Shown piece after piece: positions 58,457 through 64,000 of a stretch of DNA of 64,000 bases. A program made the position numbers and the translations under genes. Position 1 is the stretch's first letter, and every line of letters starts with the position of its first letter. The DNA is from Candidatus Latescibacterota bacterium (GTDB lineage Bacteria; Latescibacterota; UBA2968; UBA8231). A model generated the notes under the pieces. The model was given only the letters and a program-made list of their open reading frames with translations, made no database searches and was not told where the DNA came from. The stretch is from assembly GCA_965221775.1 (NCBI GenBank), contig CBDCSU010000004.1:640001-704000 (forward strand), given 5' to 3'.

Positions 58457-59670
58457 AGATCACCGACGTCGAGACGATCCTCATCAACCTGAAGCTGGCG
58501 GCGCGCAACGCCGGCCAGAAGCCCCGCTTCAGCGGCATCGACACGCAGACGATCTACAAGGTCGTCCTCGACAACGGCGTCGTCGGCTGGGGGGACACGC
58601 GCGGCCACGCCGCCATGTCCGACGACGGCAAGGCCGCCCTCGTGGGCACGAACCCGGTCCTGCACCTCTCCGCCGACCATCCCACGGGGCTCCACGGCGC
58701 CCTCTACGACGCCGTCGGCAAGAGCCTGGAGGTGCCGGCCTGGGCGCTGATGGGGCGCAAGCACCGGGACCGCGTCCCCGTCGCCGCCTGGACCCGCCCC
58801 GCCTCCCCGGAGGACCTGGCCGCCGAGGTGCAGCGCTCGGTGGACGAGGGCTACATGTACTTCAAGGTCCACACCTGCGACTACTACTGCGTCATCGAGC
58901 AGACCCGCGCCGTGGAGGACGTGGCGCCCGCCGGCTTCAAGATGCACTACGACTTCAACCACAACCGCACCTCGACCTCGGTCATGCGCCTCGTCGACGA
59001 GATCGAGAAGTCGTGGGTCGTGGGCGTGCTGGAGGACCCCCTCGTGTGGCGCGACGTCGACGGCTGGCGGCGGCTCCGGGAGAAGACCTCCCTGCCCCTG
59101 CTCATGCACGTGCCCGCCCTCGGCGCCGGCCCCGAGATCATCAATGGCTGCGCCGACCTCTACATGATCGGCGAGCACGGCATCCCCCTCTCCATCCGCC
59201 GCGGCCACGCCTGCGCCGAGGCCAACGTCTCCACCGTCATCCAGCTCACCGGGGGCACCCTGAGCAAGGCGATGGGCCTGCACCTGGCCGCGGTCCTGCC
59301 CAACGTGAGCCACATGACCAACCTCGACGACCAGTACGACGAGGACGTCACCGGGGGCCGCATCGAGGTCGCCGAGGGCAGCTCCCCCATCCCCGACGGC
59401 CCCGGACTCGGCGTCGAGGTGGACGAGAGCGAACTCGAGCGCATCCGCAGAAACCCCAAGACCGTGATCCCCCAGCACATCTGCGTCCTCCACATGCCGC
59501 GGGGAGGCCGCTACTACACGCGGGGCTACCCCGGCGTCGAGAGGATGACCGGCTTCCCCGAGGGCAATGTCCGGGGGATCCGCCTGGAAGTGTGGGAGGA
59601 GGACGGCTCCGAGGCCTGGCGGCAGCGATGGGAGAGCCTGGCCGGCGGCTGGGTGCTGGAGACGAGCTGA
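58453..59670 (+). CDS. Mandelate racemase/muconate lactonizing enzyme family protein (paralog of 27236-28459)
   Basis: MKITDVE, FKVH, YDFNHNR, EDP, LDDQY, GPGLG. Confidence 0.88.
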   Translation: MKITDVETILINLKLAARNAGQKPRFSGIDTQTIYKVVLDNGVVGWGDTRGHAAMSDDGKAALVGTNPVLHLSADHPTGLHGALYDAVGKSLEVPAWALMGRKHRDRVPVAAWTRPASPEDLAAEVQRSVDEGYMYFKVHTCDYYCVIEQTRAVEDVAPAGFKMHYDFNHNRTSTSVMRLVDEIEKSWVVGVLEDPLVWRDVDGWRRLREKTSLPLLMHVPALGAGPEIINGCADLYMIGEHGIPLSIRRGHACAEANVSTVIQLTGGTLSKAMGLHLAAVLPNVSHMTNLDDQYDEDVTGGRIEVAEGSSPIPDGPGLGVEVDESELERIRRNPKTVIPQHICVLHMPRGGRYYTRGYPGVERMTGFPEGNVRGIRLEVWEEDGSEAWRQRWESLAGGWVLETS

Positions 59671-59690
59671 CGGCGCCCGGCGCCGACCTC

Positions 59691-60527
59691 GTGACTCACG
59701 GGCCCCGCTTCGAGCCGGAGGTCTTCCCGCCGGCGGGCGACCTCGGCCGGTGCCTGTTCTTCGCCTTCCGCGGCGACCTGCTGCTCTACCGCGCCGAGTC
59801 GGCCCACGGCGACGGTCTGCTGCCGAAGGCGGCCTCCTTCGAGGAGATCGCCCCCGCCTTCGGGGACCCCCACTATCTCGGCCGCAGCGGCGGCCTCCAC
59901 TGCTTCGCCGTCGATCTCGGCGACGACGCCGAGCCCCCGGCGGGGATGGATCTGCAGGGCCTGCGCAGCCTCTACGGCGCCCTCGACGAGGAGACCTTCC
60001 AGCTCGCCGGGCGCGCCTTCCAGATCCTCGACTGGGACCGCACCCACCGGTTCTGCGGCCGCTGCGGCGCCGCCACCCGGCCCCACGACAGCGACCGCGC
60101 CCGCCAGTGCCCGGCCTGCGGCCTGCTCTGCTTCCCGCGGGTGGCGCCGGCGGTGATCACCCTGATCCACAAGGGGGCGGAGTTCCTGCTGGCGCGCAAC
60201 GCCCGTTTCCCCCGGGGCCGCTACTCGATCATCGCCGGCTTCGTCGAGCCCGGCGAGACCCTGGAGGAGGCCGTGGCCCGCGAGATCCGCGAGGAGGTGG
60301 GCCTGGAGGTCACCGAGATCGCGTACCAGTCCAGCCAGCCCTGGCCCTTCCCGCACTCCCTCATGGTCGGGTTCCGGGCGCGCTGGGCCGGCGGCGAGAT
60401 CGCCGTCGACGACGACGAGATCGTCGACGCCGGCTGGTACAGCGCCCGCCGGCTGCCGCCATCGCTGCCCGACCCGATCAGCATCTCCCGGCGCCTGATC
60501 GACGCCTTTCTCGCCGAGCACCCGTGA
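59691..60527 (+). CDS. nudC: NAD(+)/NADH diphosphatase
   Basis: FCGRCG...CPAC zinc ribbon, Nudix box GFVEPGETLEEAVAREIREEVG, SQPWPFP. Confidence 0.92.
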   Translation: MTHGPRFEPEVFPPAGDLGRCLFFAFRGDLLLYRAESAHGDGLLPKAASFEEIAPAFGDPHYLGRSGGLHCFAVDLGDDAEPPAGMDLQGLRSLYGALDEETFQLAGRAFQILDWDRTHRFCGRCGAATRPHDSDRARQCPACGLLCFPRVAPAVITLIHKGAEFLLARNARFPRGRYSIIAGFVEPGETLEEAVAREIREEVGLEVTEIAYQSSQPWPFPHSLMVGFRARWAGGEIAVDDDEIVDAGWYSARRLPPSLPDPISISRRLIDAFLAEHP

Positions 60528-61180
60528 TGGCCGCGGCCCGGGCGCTGACCAAGGCCGAGAAGGCGGCCTTCATCCTGGAGACCCTCGACGGCCTCTACCC
60601 GATGCCGCCGATCCCGCTGTCCCACCGCAGCCCCTACGAGCTGCTCATCGCCGTGCTGCTCTCGGCGCAGACCACGGACGTCAAGGTCAACGAGGTGACC
60701 CCCGCCCTCTTCGCCCGCGCCGACACGCCCGAGAAGATGGTGAAGCTGGAGGTGGAGGAGATCCTGGAGATCGTGCGCACCGTGGGGCTGGCCCCGGGCA
60801 AGTCGAGGAACATCCACCGCCTCTCGGAGCTGCTCCTGGAGCGCCACGACGGCCGGGTGCCGGAGAGCCTGGAGGAGCTGGAGGCCCTGCCCGGCGTCGG
60901 CCACAAGACCGCCTCCGTCGTCGTCGCCCAGGCCTTCGGGAAGCCCGCCTTCCCCGTGGACACCCACATCCACCGCCTCGCCTTTCGCTGGGGACTGTCG
61001 AGCGGCCGCAACGTCGAGCAGACCGAGAAGGACCTGAAGCGCGTCTTCCCCGAGGAGACCTGGAACCGCCTCCACCTGCAGATCATCTACTTCGGCCGCG
61101 AGCACTGCCCGGCCCGCGGCCACGACCTCGCCTCCTGCCCCCTGTGCAGCGTCGTGGGGCGGCGGAGCCTGCTGAAGTAG
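60527..61180 (+). CDS. nth: Endonuclease III
   Basis: LLIAVLLSAQTTD, LPGVGHKTA, VDTH, GREHCPAR. Confidence 0.93.
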   Translation: MAAARALTKAEKAAFILETLDGLYPMPPIPLSHRSPYELLIAVLLSAQTTDVKVNEVTPALFARADTPEKMVKLEVEEILEIVRTVGLAPGKSRNIHRLSELLLERHDGRVPESLEELEALPGVGHKTASVVVAQAFGKPAFPVDTHIHRLAFRWGLSSGRNVEQTEKDLKRVFPEETWNRLHLQIIYFGREHCPARGHDLASCPLCSVVGRRSLLK

Positions 61181-61183
61181 CTC

Positions 61184-61396
61184 GTGGCAAGCCAATCCGA
61201 GACGAGACAGGGAGGGTCTCGACAACTTCGCGCGGAGCGCAGTCGTCGGATAGCCGAGGTGGAGGACCCCGACGCCGGCTTGGAGATACGCGTAGTATTC
61301 GCCGGCCAGTTGAGGGAGGCACTGAAGACTGCAGCTCGGGGCGGCGCAACTCTTTCGGCCGCTCAGGCAGCCAGGAGACAGGGCCTGTCCTGGTGA
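61184..61396 (+). CDS. Putative antitoxin or antitoxin remnant
   Basis: DPDAGLE...L........GG......AARR.GL.W resembles small antitoxins found before RelE genes; atypical codon usage. Confidence 0.4.
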   Translation: MASQSETRQGGSRQLRAERSRRIAEVEDPDAGLEIRVVFAGQLREALKTAARGGATLSAAQAARRQGLSW

Positions 61397-61470
61397 CCCG
61401 AGAGCGCGTCTTCCCTACGTCGGCCGAGAGCACTGCCTGGCGGGCTTGCCCTCTATGGAGTGGTGATTGA
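61393..61470 (+). pseudogene. Possible RelE/ParE toxin N-terminal remnant
   Basis: GTGA overlap; MTRERVFPTSAE then, in a shifted frame, LAGLP. Confidence 0.25.
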
Positions 61471-61477
61471 CAATCAC
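61463..61477. promoter_or_regulatory. Palindrome GTGATTG-A-CAATCAC containing TTGACA, putative operator
   Basis: 7-1-7 inverted repeat just upstream of the nucleotidyltransferase gene. Confidence 0.5.
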
Positions 61478-61484
61478 TATCGCC

Positions 61485-62146
61485 ATGGAAACCCGGGGGA
61501 TGGAGGATGTCTTCGTGGCCGCGGCGCGGCTGTGGAGTTGGTGCCCGACGCCGTTCTGGTCGGTGGTTCCGCGGCCGTTCACCACGCCGGACACCGGGTA
61601 TCGCTCGACGACGGCCATGTCCTCCAGAACCTGCGCGATCGCTTCGACGATGTTCTGGCCGATCTCGAGGCAACCGAGGGTTGGATCACGGCGCGAGTGC
61701 AGCGGCCGGTGCTGATCCTGGGACGTCTCGACGGTGTGGAAACGGGGATCCGGAACCTCGTCCGCCGGCGGCCCCTGGAGGTCGAAGAGGCGGCGGTCGG
61801 AGAACGCAGCTTGCGGGTGCCGACCCTGTCCGAGATCGCCCGCATCAAGGCGTGGCTCTGCCTGATGCGGAATGCAACCCGCGACTATCTCGATTTCGCC
61901 GCCCTTGGCGACCGACTTGGCGACCGGGAGGCGGTTGGCGTGATCGTGGAGATGGACCGCTACTACGCCGATCAACTCGGGCCCGGCGGCCGCCGTGTCG
62001 CCACCCAGGTGGCCAGGCAACTGGCCGAACCCCGTCCCGACGACCTGTCGGAAGTGGATCGATGGCGCGACTGGCGGACCGTGGCCGACGCCTGCCGCCG
62101 GATCGCCGTCGGAGCCCTCGATCGGCTCGCGGGGGATTCGCCGTGA
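61485..62146 (+). pseudogene. Frameshifted AbiEii-like nucleotidyltransferase (type IV TA toxin-like)
   Basis: MEDVFVAAARL in one frame joins ELVPDAVLVGGSA...HRVSLDDGH...K....RN..RDYLD in another; shift near 61533. Confidence 0.65.
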
Positions 62147-62466
62147 ACCACCGTCACCTGGAGGTCGTCTCCGGCACTCCGGCCGAAGCGCTGCCGCTGG
62201 CGGCCATCGTCGATATTCTGCAACGAGGCGATCTCGATGACTGGCGGCCGATAGCCAGGGCCATCCGCCGGGATCCGATGGGTGAGCTCGCCGGCAAGGT
62301 GCTGCGCCTGGTGGACGCCTACCCGATGTACGGGACCTCGTCTCTCTGGCGGTCTTGGATCGACCGTTGCCGGGCGCGCGCCGAGGGCGCCGCGCCGTCG
62401 AAGGAGGTGTTCTCGGGCGACGGCAGGACGGCCATCCGGCTGGACAGCGAGGAGCCCAATCCATGA
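62143..62466 (+). CDS. Putative antitoxin partner of the nucleotidyltransferase (probably truncated, no HTH seen)
   Basis: GTGA overlap; LQRGDLDDWR.IARAIRRDP.G...YG pattern. Confidence 0.55.
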   Translation: MNHRHLEVVSGTPAEALPLAAIVDILQRGDLDDWRPIARAIRRDPMGELAGKVLRLVDAYPMYGTSSLWRSWIDRCRARAEGAAPSKEVFSGDGRTAIRLDSEEPNP

Positions 62467-63845
62467 ACCGCGAATCCGAGAACCTCGTCTTCCGGGACAG
62501 CCGCCTGCCCGAGAATCCGTCCCCGGCCGACCTGCGGGCGGCGGCGGCCGACTACGAGGCGATCTGCCTGGCCAACATCCAGGCCGTGGTCGAGCGCTGG
62601 GAGCGCCACGGCGGCGCCTACCCCTTCGTCGATACCAAGCTCGACCTGCGCACCGGGCGCGACCACCCGGCCGGGGACTTGGTCCGGGGGCGGGACACGA
62701 TCTACGGCTGGATCCAGGGCCGCGGGCTGGAGGCCGTGGCCGGTCACGCCCTCTGGGCCGAGGCCGACCCCCGCCCCCCGCTGCGGGAGCTGGCCCCGCG
62801 GCTGCGCGCCATGGCCGCCGCCGTCCTCGGCTCGGTGCGCCGGCTGCGGGACCGCAACGAGGGCCACCTGTTCTTCTTCATGTCCCCCGACGGCTCGCCC
62901 TTCGCCCTCGGCCCCGGGGACCGCCGCGAGCCGGTGGAGATCACCGCCGCCACGCCGAGCGGCTTCAGCGACCTCTTCGGCGCCAGGGGCCTCTTCGCCG
63001 GCGCCCGCCTCCTCGGGGATTCCGCCGCCGAGGCCGAGGCCGTGGAGTGGATGGAGCGGGTCTCGGCCGACATCTGGTCGCGGCGTTTCGCCAGCGACCA
63101 GCAGCCCCTCGACCCGACGAACCCGATCGAGACCCTGCCCGGCCGCCACGGCCACGGGCCGTACATGATCCAGCTCGGGGCCGCCGCCCTGGGCGCCCGG
63201 GCCGGGCTTCCCGGCGCCGCCGACGACGGGCTGCGCATGGTCCGCCACGTCCTCGACAACCACGCCAACCTGGAGGGCCGCCCGGGGTTCCAGGAGGGCG
63301 ACTTCTGGGAGTTCGTCGACGACGAGGGACAGCCCCTGCTCGACGAGGGCTGCATCCTCTCCGACCCGGGCCACGCCCTGGAGTTCGTCGGACTCGCCTT
63401 CAAGCTCCTGGGTGAGGCGGGGAGCCGGCCCGAGGACGCCGGCCCGACCGCTGATCTCTTCCGGGTGATGGACCAGGTCTTCGGCTACGGCTTCCAGCCG
63501 GGGCCCGGCGGCATCTGCAAGGCGTATGACCTGGTGGCCCGACGCCCGATCCACACCGACATGCCCTGGTGGAGCCTGCCCGAGACGATCCGCACCGCGG
63601 CCCTCGGCTGGCGGGCCCTGGACGACGCCGGGGCGAAGCGCCGCTGCCTGCGCATCTGGGCCGCCTGCCACAACGCCTTCTTCGAGCACTTCCTGCGGCC
63701 CGAGGTCCACCTCATGGCGGTGCAGATGCGCGCCGCCGACGGCTCCGTCTCCCCGGCGATCCCGGGCACGGCCGACGCCGACCCGGGTTACCACACGGGG
63801 CTGAGCCTCCTCGATGTGGTCGAAGCGGTGAGGACGGCCCCGTGA
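62463..63845 (+). CDS. AGE (N-acylglucosamine 2-epimerase) family-like protein
   Basis: WIQGR, FSDLF, H.PYMI, DPGHALE, PWWSLPE, DPGYH. Confidence 0.7.
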   Translation: MNRESENLVFRDSRLPENPSPADLRAAAADYEAICLANIQAVVERWERHGGAYPFVDTKLDLRTGRDHPAGDLVRGRDTIYGWIQGRGLEAVAGHALWAEADPRPPLRELAPRLRAMAAAVLGSVRRLRDRNEGHLFFFMSPDGSPFALGPGDRREPVEITAATPSGFSDLFGARGLFAGARLLGDSAAEAEAVEWMERVSADIWSRRFASDQQPLDPTNPIETLPGRHGHGPYMIQLGAAALGARAGLPGAADDGLRMVRHVLDNHANLEGRPGFQEGDFWEFVDDEGQPLLDEGCILSDPGHALEFVGLAFKLLGEAGSRPEDAGPTADLFRVMDQVFGYGFQPGPGGICKAYDLVARRPIHTDMPWWSLPETIRTAALGWRALDDAGAKRRCLRIWAACHNAFFEHFLRPEVHLMAVQMRAADGSVSPAIPGTADADPGYHTGLSLLDVVEAVRTAP

Positions 63846-64000
63846 GCTGGGACACCGTCCTCGTCGGCGCCGGCGCCGCCGGCTGCGTGCTCGCCGCGCG
63901 CCTCTCCGCGGCCGGCCGGCGGGTGCTGCTGCTGGAGGCGGGCCCCGACTTCCCCGACCCGGAGGACCTGCCCGCGGAGGTGCGGCGGGCCTACGGCGAG
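63842..64000 (+). CDS. GMC family oxidoreductase (3' truncated by window edge)
   Basis: VGAGAAGCVLAARLS...RVLLLEAGPD. Confidence 0.85.
   Translation, partial: MSWDTVLVGAGAAGCVLAARLSAAGRRVLLLEAGPDFPDPEDLPAEVRRAYGE

Overview
Very GC-rich, densely coding bacterial chromosome segment with about 60 CDS. I see no rRNA, tRNA, CRISPR array or intact mobile element. Most long ORFs in the track are GC-rich shadow frames, and many true starts lie inside them, so starts were corrected here. An LptE-like lipoprotein, an FlgD-Ig/T9SS-like C-terminal domain, a SWGxLK C-terminal motif and the expansion of enolase, PhyH, Gfo/Idh and sulfatase families suggest an FCB-group diderm such as Latescibacterota, possibly a marine or sponge symbiont (inference only). 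Housekeeping genes: lipA, mnmG, adk, dusB, pyrD, glnA, glnE, folD, mnmA, cobB, nudC, nth. Highlights: (1) a fully split cobalamin methyl-transfer system (MtaA/CmuA-type methyltransferase, corrinoid protein, RACo/ASKHA activator, homocysteine methyltransferase, PF13769-like protein, two unknown Cys/His proteins and a displaced pterin-binding subunit), with no classical MT1 and no AdoMet reactivation domain in the window; (2) recurrent diverged duplications of gene termini at gene junctions, several forming mini-ORFs that bridge neighbouring genes; (3) a decayed toxin-antitoxin islet; (4) an alphaproteobacteria-like glnA-glnE pair. All functional calls come from motif recognition by eye, not database searches.
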